DNA from: Octopus vulgaris
Taxonomy: Eukaryota
Length of the DNA: 64,000 nucleotides
NCBI GenBank assembly: GCA_951406725.2
Contig: OX597814.1
Span: 112,592,001 to 112,656,000, forward strand
Direction of reading: 5' to 3'
In this document: one piece after another, positions 29,145 to 42,060 of the stretch
Numbering within the stretch: the first letter of the stretch is position 1
Layout: every line of letters begins with the position of its first letter
The notes under the pieces: model-generated
Told to the model about the DNA's origin: nothing
Database searches by the model: none
Seen by the model: only the letters and a program-made list of their open reading frames with translations
Made by a program: the position numbers and the translations under genes

Positions 29145-29424
29145 ATATATATATATACATACATATATATTTATGTGTATATATATATGTATATATATAT
29201 ATAAACATATATATATATATGATTTTATACATGTACACATACATGTATACGTAAACGCATATACACACACGTATAAATTTATCTTTTATTAAACTTTTAA
29301 TACTTTTGATATATATTTAAAATAATATAAATTAAATTAATTTTATGTATTGGCTTACGTTTTTCATTGTTTGATTTGCCTAATAGTGGTTTTATCTCTA
29401 ATTTAATATAACATACATATATAT

Positions 29425-29494
<70 letters not shown>

Positions 29495-30808
29495 GTATGT
29501 ATAAACATACATAGTAAACATTATTCTTATTTAACTGTTTAGGTTATCATATTTTCATTGCTAACGGAGATGGACTTCATTTGTTTGTTGGAGTTCTAAA
29601 TAAGATAGAATATTTCAAAGTTTAAGCTTAAATAAAACATAAAACATAACTATTTGATTCTCGGCAACTGGTTCTCGTCATTACACACACACATACAAAC
29701 AAACAAACACAAGCATACATATACATACACACATACACTCATATATATGCATGTACGTATGTAGATAGATATGTAGATAGATAGAGAGAGAGAGAGAGCG
29801 AGTGAGAGAGGCATAGATAGGTATTTATTTATATAATCTTATATGTATATATGTATGTATATATATATATGTATATATATATAAACATATATATATATAT
29901 GATTTTATACATGTACACATACATGTATACGTAAACGCATATACACACGCGTATAAATTTACATATCCCATATTTATAGTTATAAGATATGTGTGTATAT
30001 AAGAATACATACATATATACATACAAACATACATATATACATAGATAGATATATATATATATACATATATATTTGTATGTATTCACACACAGTTATACAC
30101 ACATTTATATATATATATATACACACACACATGGGTGTATAAAAACATTCGCATATGCAAGGAGCTAGAGCAATGGACAAACACGGTCTGTATATATCAC
30201 CTGCTTTTTTTTTTGTCTCCGAATTAAAAAGCAGCTGCAGTTGTCAAACTGAGAAATAGATGATGCAAAATTGCATTTTTACAACAATTTGTACCTCGTT
30301 CTGATGAGAAATCATTAAAGTCGGCAGATTGCAGGGATTGCCAGTTCCATGAGGCTATGATGGCTCAAGAAGCAGAGAAAGAAGTAAAAAAAAAAAAATA
30401 GTAAAATAGTTGAATTCCTTGCCAGACGCCAACACAAATGTTGTTATTCATTTTAAGACGTTGCTGAAGAATCGGTTCGAAAAATGAAGTTTGAAAAAAA
30501 ATATTTTAAAGATAAATGAAGAATATCTGTAGAATATCTGTGTTTATCAGTGCTCCAATACGCATATGTGTGTGTGTTTGTGTATGTGTTCTCTGTGTGT
30601 ATATGTGTATACACACACACATAGATGTACGTATATGTATGTTGTATAGCTAGATTAATAGATAGTGAGATTAATAAATTGATATATAGATATATATATG
30701 CGAGGAAATATATATATATATGTGTATATACATATATATACATTTACATTTGCACAGTATACATATTTACACTTACATATATATGCATATGTATACGTGT
30801 ACAGTGTG

Positions 30809-30891
<83 letters not shown>

Positions 30892-30982
30892 AATAATTAT
30901 TATTTGAGCGAATAAAATCCAAACTTACAAAGAAAAAAATTCAATTAAGAAATACTACATCAAATTTCACACAATATATATG

Positions 30983-31078
<96 letters not shown>

Positions 31079-31083
31079 TATAT

Positions 31084-31172
<89 letters not shown>

Positions 31173-31202
31173 CATACATACATACATACATACATACATA
31201 CA

Positions 31203-31238
<36 letters not shown>

Positions 31239-31311
31239 TACCGGAGTAAACACATAAATGTGAAACAAGGTGGAAAAAATAGTACTCAAATACCAGTGGT
31301 AGAGTAATATG

Positions 31312-31416
31312 CTTTATTTAAAGCAGCAGAAAATTCAACAAAACCTGTTACTCTGAGTTGCAACGGGAAACTCAGAGTAACAGGTTTTGCTGAATTTTCT
31401 GCTGCTTTAAATAAAG
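31312..31416. repeat. Short fold-back (48-bp arms)
   Basis: CTTTATTTAAAGCAGCAG...CTGCTGCTTTAAATAAAG. Left flank resembles 60285-60346. Confidence 0.85.
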
Positions 31417-31690
31417 TATATATATATATATATATATATATACGATATAGTGCATATTTATACACATAGGGTGAGATTCAACACATTAGAGAACCACAAA
31501 AATAACGGATAAAATTCGACAGGAAATAAATTTTGAGATGAAAAACATTTACCATCTAGTACCCCGGACCAAATTGGTTTCTGATCTTCTTTTAGCAAGT
31601 CGGGAGAACTCGATATATATATATCTTGATAGAAATGGTAAGACAAAAAAAGAATGAAAGAGACCTCGATATTATGTAAATAGAGGAATT

Positions 31691-31943
31691 TATCTGTAAA
31701 TGTAATATGTGACAATTATTCGGTAGCCATGATAAAACTCCGAGTTTCGGATGCCGGGGTGAAAATCCATGCCGCCATCTCTTCAGTAATCCGGCCTTCG
31801 GAAAAAATACTATGAAAAAGTTTTCGTAGCATTTCTGCCATAGTATTTTTTCCGATGGCCGGATAACTGAAGAGACATCCCGGCATCTGAATCTCGGAGT
31901 TTTATCATGGTTACCTAAAAATTGTCACATACATTTACAGATA
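31691..31943. repeat. Inverted repeat carrying hammerhead motifs
   Basis: Arms 31691-31814 and 31839-31943 (right arm internally deleted). Confidence 0.85.
31731..31791 (-). ncRNA. Hammerhead motif in a fold-back element
   Basis: GAUUA-CUGAAGA-GAUG..CAUCC-GAA-ACUCGGAGU-U-UUAUC. A deleted partner copy lies on plus at 31862-31906. Confidence 0.6.
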
Positions 31944-31944
31944 T

Positions 31945-32062
<118 letters not shown>

Positions 32063-32104
32063 CAGACAGACAGACAGAAGTATATGTATGTACATATATT
32101 ATTA

Positions 32105-32495
32105 TTGTTAGTTCGTTCTTCGTTGTTGACGCTCACCGAGGACATCATATGGGAGAAGACGAGGCACTGTATGTCCGGCTGTGGCCAATCAGTCCGATGC
32201 ATACTTATGTCGCAGGTCAGGCATAGGTCATTTGTAGGGATTGATGGCAAAAAGTTAGCTCTGGGCTTGCGCAGTCCGCGTCTTCTTTCTGTCCCAGCAA
32301 TCCTGTTCGGTTCGTAGGAGGTGACATTTCTGTTGGTGCAGTTTTGGCAGGCAGGGTGGTGCTGTGTTTGCGTTTCCAAGGCGTCGGGGTTGATCTCTCA
32401 AAGCTTTTCAATGAGGCTTTCAGCGTGTCCTTGAAGTTTTCTTTCTGTCCACCTTGTGTGCGCTTTGGAAGGTAAACGCTTGCCTTCCACCAGTT
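32105..32495 (-). mobile_element. RTE-clade LINE 3' end
   Basis: KRTQGGQKENFKDTLKASLKSF, then a degenerate C-terminal CLTC..IG zinc-finger-like stretch. Confidence 0.7.
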
Positions 32496-32691
32496 CGCAG
32501 TACACACACACACACGCGCACACACACACTCTCTCTCTCTTTCTCCTTCACACACACACACACACACACACAAACATTCACACACAGACGCACACACATA
32601 ACTATTTATATACACACGTTACATACATACATATATATAAATATATATATTAATATATATGTATATATATATATACGTGTGTGTGTGTGTA

Positions 32692-32752
<61 letters not shown>

Positions 32753-33174
32753 CTGTGTGTGTGTGTTTGTGTGTGTGTGTAACAAATTCTTAGTACGGCG
32801 GCGGCAAACAGCAACCTAACCGATCAGTTGTGTAAATAAACCCTGCAATTATTAAATTATATCCCTCTATCCTCTTGATGGAGATTGCCCTACATTTGGA
32901 CGTGTCTATGTATTAGGGCTACCTCAAATATATTTAACTGCAGATATTAGAGACAGGAGTACAGCTAATATATTTTTACACCTTCATCTAGTTTTCTATG
33001 GATGCTTACTGCTAAAGTGATAGAGTATGAAATTACTTGTTCTATTATAGACAAAGTACAACTGTATGGAGTGATATTTGTATTTTGCGTTTACCTGAAA
33101 CTTACGAAATATATAGGTGAAAGTCAAATTTCATCAACCAACGAGATGATTTAATAATACGATGTCCACACATA

Positions 33175-33403
33175 TACCTATTTCTTTACTACCCACAAGG
33201 GGCTAAACACAGAGAGGATAAACAAGGACAGACAACCGGACTAAGTCAATTATATCGACCCCAGTGTGTAACTGGTACTTATTTAATCGACCCCGAAAGG
33301 ATGAAAGGCAAAGCCGACCTTGGCGGAATTTGAACCCAGAACGTAACGGCAGACGAAATACCACTAAGCATTTCGCCCGACGTGCTAACGATTCTGCCAG
33401 CTC
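33175..33403 (-). mobile_element. tRNA-derived SINE family B, full length
   Basis: GAGCTGGCAGAATCGTTAGC head, GGTTCAAATTCC B box, tail TTTAGCCCCTTGTGGGTAGTAAAGAAATAGG. Confidence 0.85.
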
Positions 33404-33659
33404 GTTAAAATTAAGCGATTAACTGTAACCTAAGTTTACTGTTAATATTACTGTTACTAATCAAGCCCAGTATGTCTACCCACTCCTATAATTAGTGTGT
33501 CTTCTATGTTTCTGTATCTGCATTTCTGTAAAATGTATTGCGCGTGCGTGTGTGTGTGTATTGGTGCCGTTATCACTGTCCCAAATCAACCATGCATGAA
33601 ATTCCAATAGTTTGTGCCCTATTGCTATGCACCTAAGGACCTATACCAAAACAAATACA

Positions 33660-33995
33660 TTATCTTTTACATGACAGGCCTCCTATCTCGATCTTTAAAC
33701 CGTGGAGAATGGCGACGTACAGTAAAAGAGGGTATACAGAAGAGTGACAGAAAGAGAGAGGAGAAATGGAAAGAAAGGAAGAGACATAAACAAGAGACCA
33801 TGGCACTACAATCAGCCAGGAACAGTCTTCGCTACATTTGCAGTACCTGCCAGAGGGAGTGTTTGTCCAGGATAGGACTACACAGCCACAGCAAGAAATG
33901 TAACAGGAAATAAAATATAACAGCCGGACTAGACCTAGAAAAAAAAAAAAAAAAATGCGCAACTCCATTGTCTCCCGAGACAGAAAGGATGCCAA
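33660..33995 (+). mobile_element. RTE-clade LINE 3' end
   Basis: NRGEWRRTVKEG...YICSTCQRECLSRIGLHSHSKKC* and 3' tail CCATTGTCTCCCGAGACAGAAAGGATGCCA. Confidence 0.8.
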
Positions 33996-34295
33996 ACATT
34001 TATTTTTAATTCATAAGTTTTACTTATCATATTCTCCCTTTTTTAAATAAATGGTTTATTCATTTAAATACGAGTTGATCAACCAAATATTCAGAAAGCG
34101 CATCTTTATGATAAACTTATTCTCTTATTCTCTCTCTTTTTTAACTCTTTTTACTTGTTTCAGTCATTTTGACTGCGGCCAAATAGGTAGAAATTGTTTC
34201 ATTACATAGCCACAGACATATATATATATATATATATATACATACAAACATACATACATATATATATACATACATATACATACATACATACATGC

Positions 34296-34328
<33 letters not shown>

Positions 34329-34378
34329 CAAATAAATGAAAGAATGGAGTTGAACGACGAATTAACAAAATTTCTTTA

Positions 34379-34462
34379 TTTTCGACATATGTTTCGAAGG
34401 CTGCATATTCCTAATTTCGAAGGAATAAGGGGTGCATTATGCCGCCTTCTCATCAGGAAAAA
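34379..34462 (-). ncRNA. Type I hammerhead ribozyme, complete core
   Basis: UUUUC-CUGAUGA-GAAGGC..GCCUUC-GAA-ACAUAUGU-C-GAAAA. All three stems pair; GUC triplet. Confidence 0.85.
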
Positions 34463-34571
34463 CAAGGAACTTATGTCAGCATCAAGATGCACAAAAAGCT
34501 TTTAGATGACTGCCCACACGGAGCCTATCTAAAAGTTTTTGTGCATCTTGATGCTGACATAAGTTCCTTGT

Positions 34572-34654
34572 TTTTCCTGATGAGAAGACGGTATAATGCA
34601 CCCCTTATTCCTTCGAAACTAGGAATATGCAGCCTTCGAAACATATGTCGAAAA
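34572..34654 (+). ncRNA. Type I hammerhead ribozyme (inverted partner copy)
   Basis: Same motif on plus strand with one stem II mismatch (GAAGAC/GCCTTC). Confidence 0.8.
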
Positions 34655-35539
34655 TAAAGGAATTTTGTTAATTCGTCGTTCAACTCCATTCTTTCATTTA
34701 TTTGTATTTTAAAAAAAACACACAAATTTCCACACGATAGCACATGATCTCTGCCCTAGGCATGTAGCTTCAACCGTGTTTTTCTGACGTGAATTTGCTA
34801 CCCAGGTATCGGTTAACCGAATTATCCATAAGATAATTAATTCAACTACTCAATTATATATATATATATATATATATATAGATCAATAAATGGTGGGGTT
34901 GTGTTGTCCGCACGTGGAGAAATGATAAGCAAGGAAAACATTTTTTAAAAATGCAGAATGCTCAAATGAAAGAAAATTTTAATAAAATGAGAAATTGATA
35001 AAATATATAAATATATATTTATTCAACCGGTTTTCGTCATTGTATGACTTGTCAAGAATATTTATGTTAAAAAAGTTTTTTTAAAAATTAGAAAGGGGAA
35101 AAAGAAAATTGCATTGTTTTTTGCAAAAGAATAATAATAAGAATGTACAAAAATTAAAAAATAAGTACTCCGATACATTGTGAGTTCGTTGTGTATCTTG
35201 AGTTTGATGATTGTTCACGAAAAAATTACCTTGAGGCATTAGGATCCATTTTGCCATGCAGACGGGGCCGATAAAAGGAAATAAACTGATAAAAAAAGTT
35301 TCGTCTCTACGCAAGAGGTCACAGGAATTCATTCAACGAAAACAAAACTTCCAATGATTCCGGAATGGGGGGGGGGGCGGTCCCACTTCTTTTTTGTTCT
35401 GAACAAAAATAAGGGATTTGTAGCATATTAGGAGATCAGGATTTTTTTTCTTAGTGAAAATCGTGGGGGTGTTAATATAGAAATTTATCTTTGGTAATTT
35501 ATATTTGGCTGTTGTTTCTAGCTGGTCGGACTTTCCGAT

Positions 35540-36590
35540 TGGAACTGTTTTCTAAGTGCCAAACATCACTCATAACAGGTGGATTTTCTGAATATATGAA
35601 TAAACTCAGAACTCTAGAAAATCATGAAGACAACATGGAGCATAAATGGGCGATGTTGAGCTGGCTAACACGAAAATCAAATAAAAACCCTGTGGATCAG
35701 CAACTTGAAGAACAGTTGAAAAGAAAAACATGCAGAGCTATTTTGAAATACTAAAAAGAGATGTTGCAGTTATAAAGTCTTTCAGTGAAAGAGGTTTAGC
35801 ATTTAAAGATCATGAGGAAAAGTGGCGCTCCCCAAACAATGGAAAAATTCTTGGGGACCACTGAGCTTATTGCGGTGTTTGACCCATTTTTGCATGAACA
35901 TTTAGAGTAAAAATGAAAAAGTAAATATTACTGAGTTATCCAAATCTGTGTCTGAAGAATTGATAGAAATTGATAGAAAACATATGAAACATGTGAAAGT
36001 GGTGAATCAGATCAACAACCTAGACACCAAATACTATTCAATTATTGTTGACTCTACACCTGACGGGATACATGTTGACCAACTGGTAATTGTGGTTCGA
36101 TACGGTTTTCAAAAGGTTCAAGTTTCTGTCAGAACTGATGAACAATTCAGAATTTGATGAGAACAGTATCAAACTTATATTGCATTACAAAGACGATATT
36201 GACCACAAGTTAATAATGAATGTTATCAGTTCAAAGAGTATTTTCACCATAAGAAATTGCGGAACACAGAAGAAAACACACCATCTAAAATGCAATGCAC
36301 AGATGTTCTTCAGCTTATTTATGAACCACAATTAATTGGAATGTTCCCTAATATTGTTTTCTATTTTAGGCATAAGGCCCGAAATTTTGGGGGAGGGGCC
36401 AGTCGATTAGATCAACCCCAGTACGCAACTGGTACTTAATTTATCGACCCCGAAAGGATGAAAGGCAAAGTCAACCTCAGTGGAATTTGAGTGATCCCTA
36501 GTATTACCCTAGTATTACCACTGCACTTAAGCTGTACTTGTCAATGGCTACCACGATCTGTGAAGCAGAAAAGGATTTCTCAAAGATTTC
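35540..36590 (+). mobile_element. hAT (ZMYM1-like/DUF4371-type) transposase remnant, interrupted by a SINE
   Basis: SERGLAFKDHEE, FDPFLHEHL, YYSIIVDSTPDGIHVDQLVIVVRY, and C-terminal LKLYLSMATTICEAEKDFSK (hAT dimerisation-like). Confidence 0.75.
36358..36490 (-). mobile_element. SINE family B inserted in the hAT remnant
   Basis: ATCGACCCCGAAAGGATGAAAGGCAAAGTC. Confidence 0.8.
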
Positions 36591-36810
36591 TTCAGCCACG
36601 AGCACCTGCGCACTGGAGTGATAGCTAAGATCCGCTTCTGCTAGCGATATATTGTAAACAAAGTGACCATCGGTCACTGATTCGCTACGAGCAAAATAGA
36701 TAGTTATACAATCTCAAGAAGAGATTGAGAAGTAATGTATACTGAACAGTAAAGCGAGTCACTTTATACACACACACACACACACACACATACACACACA
36801 GAGCAAAATA

Positions 36811-37373
36811 CAGGGTGTTCAAAAAGTCTCTCCGCAGTGATATTTTTTTAAGACACCATCAACAGACAGATATTGCTCAAACATTGTCTATCCATTTCTA
36901 GGCCAACTCACTGAAAGTAAAATTAGTAATTGCATACTTTCAGCAAAATGGAACTACAGCACATACTTTGTACATTACCATGCAACTACTTCAAGAGTTT
37001 TTCGGTGAACGGATTATTTCGAAGGGACTTTGGCCACCAAGATCCCCTGATTTAACACCACCAGATTTTTTTCTGGGTAGCAAGTAAAGGATCAGTGTAC
37101 AAGAAATACCCAAAAACCATTGATGAGCTAAAAGACACAATCATAACCTTTCCACGATCCATACTGCGCTAGACTCTCCAAGATGTATTTCAAAACATGT
37201 GTAGAAGAGTCAACTAATGTACTGAAAATGAAGGACGACACTTTCAACACCTCTTATAAAATTTGTGTAAAATCTTATTAAGTCTAAAATGTTCTTTTGT
37301 AGTCCTGTACCATCTTATAAATATTTATTTTGCAATAATATACTTACTATGGAGAGACATTTTGAACACTCTG
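36811..37373 (+). mobile_element. Internally deleted Tc1/mariner element with TIRs and TA TSD
   Basis: TA|CAGGGTGTTCAAAAAGTCTCTCC ... GGAGAGACATTTTGAACACTCTG|TA. Internal YFQQNGTTAHT...GLWPPRSPDLTPPDFFL. Confidence 0.88.
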
Positions 37374-37414
37374 TAAAACTGTGCTATAACATAATAAATA
37401 GACTATACTGCAGA

Positions 37415-37716
37415 GCATTCGTCCGTTTTTACGTTCTAGGTTCAAATTCTACCATGGTCACCTCTGCCTTTCATCCCTTCGGGGTCGTGAGCACTGGGAT
37501 CGATGTAATCGACTCACCCAAAATTGCTGGCCTTGTACCAGAATTTGAAATTTTCGTTTATCTTTACGTTCTGCGTTCAAATTCCGACGAGGTCGACTTG
37601 GCCTTTCATTCTTTCGGGGGCCGATAAAATAAGTACCAGTTGAGCACTGGGATTGATGTAATCGATTAAGCCCCTACCCCCAAAATTTCAGGTTTTGTGC
37701 CCTATAATAGAAAGGA
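37415..37716 (+). mobile_element. SINE family B tandem dimer
   Basis: Two ACGTTCT..GTTCAAATTC..GCCTTTCAT units. Confidence 0.75.
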
Positions 37717-38580
37717 TCATTATTACATTCAAATATAGTTAAACCGAACGAGGGGAGATAATCCGAACGGTGATCTCCGCAGTCAGCAATCTTTAATACA
37801 AACGAAATACCTATCTAAATAAGACGAATGAATAAATAATCAGCCGTTAATGATGCTGAATAAAAGATCCGGTTTAAAAGTGACTTAAATATTTAATACA
37901 TACAAATACAGTTTAAAAGAAACAAGTGTACAGACAAGCTTAGTTATTAATTCATTGATGAAAATCCATTAATCCTTTCGATTAATCATCTAATTTGGCT
38001 TATTCAGCTCATCTGCCGTGTTTCCTGGTCTAGTTGTTTGGTCAGGCATGTGTACAAGTCAAGTTTACGTTTAACGCTGACAGCGAATGTACACTGTCTG
38101 GGGTTATTGGTTTTGCTGTTAACTGCGTGTGCAGTCAACGTTAATCCTCTACGTATGGCGATGTTGCACGTACCTATCATCCGGAATCTTCGTAAAGAAA
38201 GGAAATAGAAACAAGCTAACTAGTAACGAACACTAAAGGTGGAGAGAAGAAGATAGAGGGAGAAGCTTTAGTAAGAAGGGTGGTTGTGTCCGTCTATTCT
38301 TGTGTATGCGTGTCCTTGTTGTTAGTGGGGGGAACGAGGGTGTGTTGGTAAATGCTGGATGGGGAACGATTGAGAGGGAGAGAGCGAAATGAATGTTCAA
38401 TGAATGCATGTATGCATATATGAGTGTTTGTGTATAGACTGAGAAAGATACTCTGTAAATAGGATGGCCATACAGGAGAGAAGGATGAACAGATCGTTAA
38501 AGAGAGATTGAGATGTTTAGAGAAATAGTGTCCGTTATGTCTGTCTGCATATCGACATGCGTGTGTGTGTGCATATATCT

Positions 38581-38679
<99 letters not shown>

Positions 38680-38713
38680 TCCATTCATGCATAAATATAC
38701 ATATATATATATT

Positions 38714-38745
<32 letters not shown>

Positions 38746-38762
38746 TACATATATTTAGACAC

Positions 38763-38831
<69 letters not shown>

Positions 38832-39406
38832 CACTTGCACACACATATATATAAAGTATTCTGTCATTGTGTGTGTGTGTGTGTGTTTGTGTGTAAGACA
38901 GAAAAAGAATGTGAGACGAAGAAAATAAAGTAAAGCTGACTTCTGGAGAAGCAAATATTAAAAGACATTGGAGGAAATGGCGCTAAGATAATGGTAATGA
39001 AAGGGAAGAAGTGGGAATAACAAGGTCAGATGGGAGAGGAAGGAGTGTCACAACATGAAACACTCACACATACACACACATACACATACACACTCATAGA
39101 CACAATCATACATATATGCAATGCACACACTTATGCCTATATACACACAAACACGCATAAACTGAACATAAATGAATAAATAAATATAATGAAAGAAATA
39201 TTTAGTAAAAATAAAATAATTGCAATAACAGCAGCAGCAGCAGCAGCAATAGCAGCGATTCAAACAACAGTAAGGATAGGAACAAAAGCAGCAACAGCAA
39301 GAAAGAGGGAGTGGGAGGGGAGGGGTGAGGAAGAGGAGGGGAGGATTAGGGAGAGCAGAAGAAAAGGAAGAGCAACAGCAACAACAACGACAATGACGAC
39401 GATGAT

Positions 39407-40158
39407 ATAGAGAGCAGCAAGAAGGAAGGAAGATGAAAAAAAGGTGGGAAAAGAATTAAAGAAGAAGAAGAAGAAGAAGAAGAAGAAGGGGGGAGATGAA
39501 GACGAAGAAGAAAGGAGAGGAGATGAAGAAAAAGAAGAGGAGGAGGAGGAGGAGGTGAAGAAGAAGAAGCAGAAGAAGAAGAAGGGGAGGAGATGAAGAC
39601 GAAGAGGAAGGGAGAGGAGATGAAGAAAAAGAAGAAGAAAGAAGGGAGAGGAGATGAAAACGAAGAAGGGAAAGAAGAAGGGAAAGAAGAAGAAAAAGAA
39701 GAAGAAGAAGAAGAAGAAGAAGAAGAAGAAGAAAAAGAAGAAAAAGAAGAAGAAGATGAAGAAGATGAAGGAGGAGAGGAGGAGGAGGAGGTGACGAAGA
39801 AGAAGGTAAAGAAGAAGAAGAAGAAGTTGAGGAGGAGGTGGTGACGAAGAAGAAGGTAAAGAAGATGAAGAAGAAGTTGAGGAGGAGGTGGTGACGAAGA
39901 AGAAGGTAAAGAAGGTAAAGAAGAAGGTTACGAGGAGGAAGTGACGAAGATGATGAAGATGAAGAAGATGAAAAAGAAGAAGAAGAAGAAGAAGAAGAAG
40001 AAGAAGAAGAAGAAGAAGAAGAAAAAGAAGAAGAAGAAGAAGAAGAAGAAGAAGAAGAAGAAGAAGAAGAAGAAGAAGAAGAAGAAGAAGAAGAAGAAGA
40101 AGAAGAAGAAGAAGAAGAAGAAGAAGAAGAAGAAGAAGAAGAAGAAGAAGAAGAAGAA
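39407..40158. repeat. GAA/GGA-rich polypurine tract ending in long (GAA)n
   Basis: Nearly pure purine on plus; near-perfect (GAA)n over 39975-40158. Confidence 0.95.
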
Positions 40159-40634
40159 ACCACATCTTAAAACACAAAACACACATACATACGTACGCGC
40201 GCGCACCTCCAGAAAAAAAGACAAAAATAAACTAAATTGCAAAGAAAAACTAGTTTGAACGAGGAGGAACAAGTTGGTTGAACAGAATTATGCGCATATT
40301 TTATAATACTTACTACATATGTAAATAGTTAAGACACGGACAAGTTTAAATAAGATTAGTCCTGTTAGGAAGAAGAGGAAAGACAGGCTGAGGGAAATTG
40401 TAGGATGAAGAAAAATAAAATGGAAATACAAAGTAGAGAAAATTTAAAATGAGGGTAAAAAGGAAAAAAGGCAAGAGATAATATGGTTGAAGATTATATT
40501 TAAACATTCTAAGAGGATTAGTAATGGAACAAGAGAGTTTGTGTGAGATAGGCAGAGTTAACGGGCTCTTGCTGGTATGAATATTGTGAGACAAAATGGC
40601 GGAAACTAGGTGAGAGACGCTGGAGAAGAAGAAG

Positions 40635-40716
<82 letters not shown>

Positions 40717-41039
40717 GTTTTCGATCGAAAGGGATCGTAAAAAGAGAGAGAAAGAAACGATCAATAGGGATCGTGTATCACAGAAATGTCATGATGTAAA
40801 GTGTAAAGAGGGAAGCAAATAAGGTTTATCCGTGGAAAGAAAAGCCTACGGAAAAGACCACGGTAAACTTGGTCGATAGATAAATAGATAGATAGATATG
40901 TAGGTAGGTAGACATGTTAGATAGAGAGATAAAGGCGGACAGACGGATAGAAAGGTAGATAGAAAGATACATATATACGTAATCCTGTAGATTACCACAC
41001 AGATCCTTTGGCCTCGACTTATACAAGGAGACTAAAATG

Positions 41040-42060
41040 GCATCAATCCAGCTTGAGGCACTTTCTCAGTTCTCCAACAGTGACAGATTAATATATTTAA
41101 GAATTCAAACATTTTATCACCCCCATATTTCAAGACCACTGTGCAGATTCCATCAGACCCTGGAGATATTGTTATTCAGCTCATTCACAGCTAAATGAAC
41201 ATCATTTAGAATTGGTTTCAATGCCATCTCCTCTATAATTGGAAGGGGTTCGATTTTTTTTTCTATCATCCTCATATCAGCTGATGATGGTCTATTCAAA
41301 TGTGCAGAAAAATGTTCTACCCAGCGCTTACGAACAGAAGCGGTGTCAGTCAAAATCAAATGTCCATTTGCTGTTCTCACTGGAGCTATTGAAGAAGATT
41401 TGGGGCCATATACCTCCTTAATATATGAGTACAAACCCTTGGCATCATTTCTATCTTCTTGCGCCCCTTTTTGCTCTGTCATTCCACCATTCCTGTTTTC
41501 CTTAGAGCGGTCTGAACTTTCTCCTTCAGCTTTCTTAAAGCTTCGTTTGAGTTGGGGTTTGAGTTGGGTTTCAAGGACTGAGAAAGAAGTGTATTGCCTA
41601 AGTTTTGTTTTTCTAAAAGTAGATCATGAATTTCTGCTGATCTATCTGAGAATCACTAGACTTATGTGATTTAAATCCCACTGAAGAACATGCAGTCTGA
41701 AATACTTTTGTTTTGAAATCTTCCCATAGATTATTTGGATCAAGATTGATACTTTCTATAGCATCGTGGAATCTTAGCAAGTTGCTTGGTAATTTGAAGT
41801 TTGCAACATTTAATTTTTTGGATACCTGAGGACCAGACCGTCGGCTTTTAGACATTATCGAAAAAGGCATTTTTCCACGCACTTGATGGTCAGTCCAGCC
41901 CTCTGCTCCTCTCATGGCCCGAACACTAGAAATATCTATCATATCACGCTTTCTGATTGAAATATAATCTATGAGATGCTAGTCCTTAGATCTTATGAGC
42001 ATCCAGGTGGTTTTATATTTTTTTTCTGTTGTAATTTAGTCATCCATAGTCTGATGATAT
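41040..42060 (-). mobile_element. RTE-clade LINE ORF2 fragment (end of APE endonuclease to pre-RT)
   Basis: VRAMRGAEGWTDHQ; LYSYIKEVYGPKSSSIAPVRTANGHLILTD..RWVEHFSAHLN. Frameshifted. Confidence 0.8.

Larger units (their letters stand above)
34326..34707. repeat. Long inverted repeat (about 182-bp arms, 19-bp spacer)
   Basis: Arms 34326-34507 and 34527-34707 are reverse complements with a handful of mismatches. Confidence 0.95.

Noticed and set aside
39260-40272. 308-aa and poly-Lys/Glu ORFs
   Set aside because: Products of the GAA tract.
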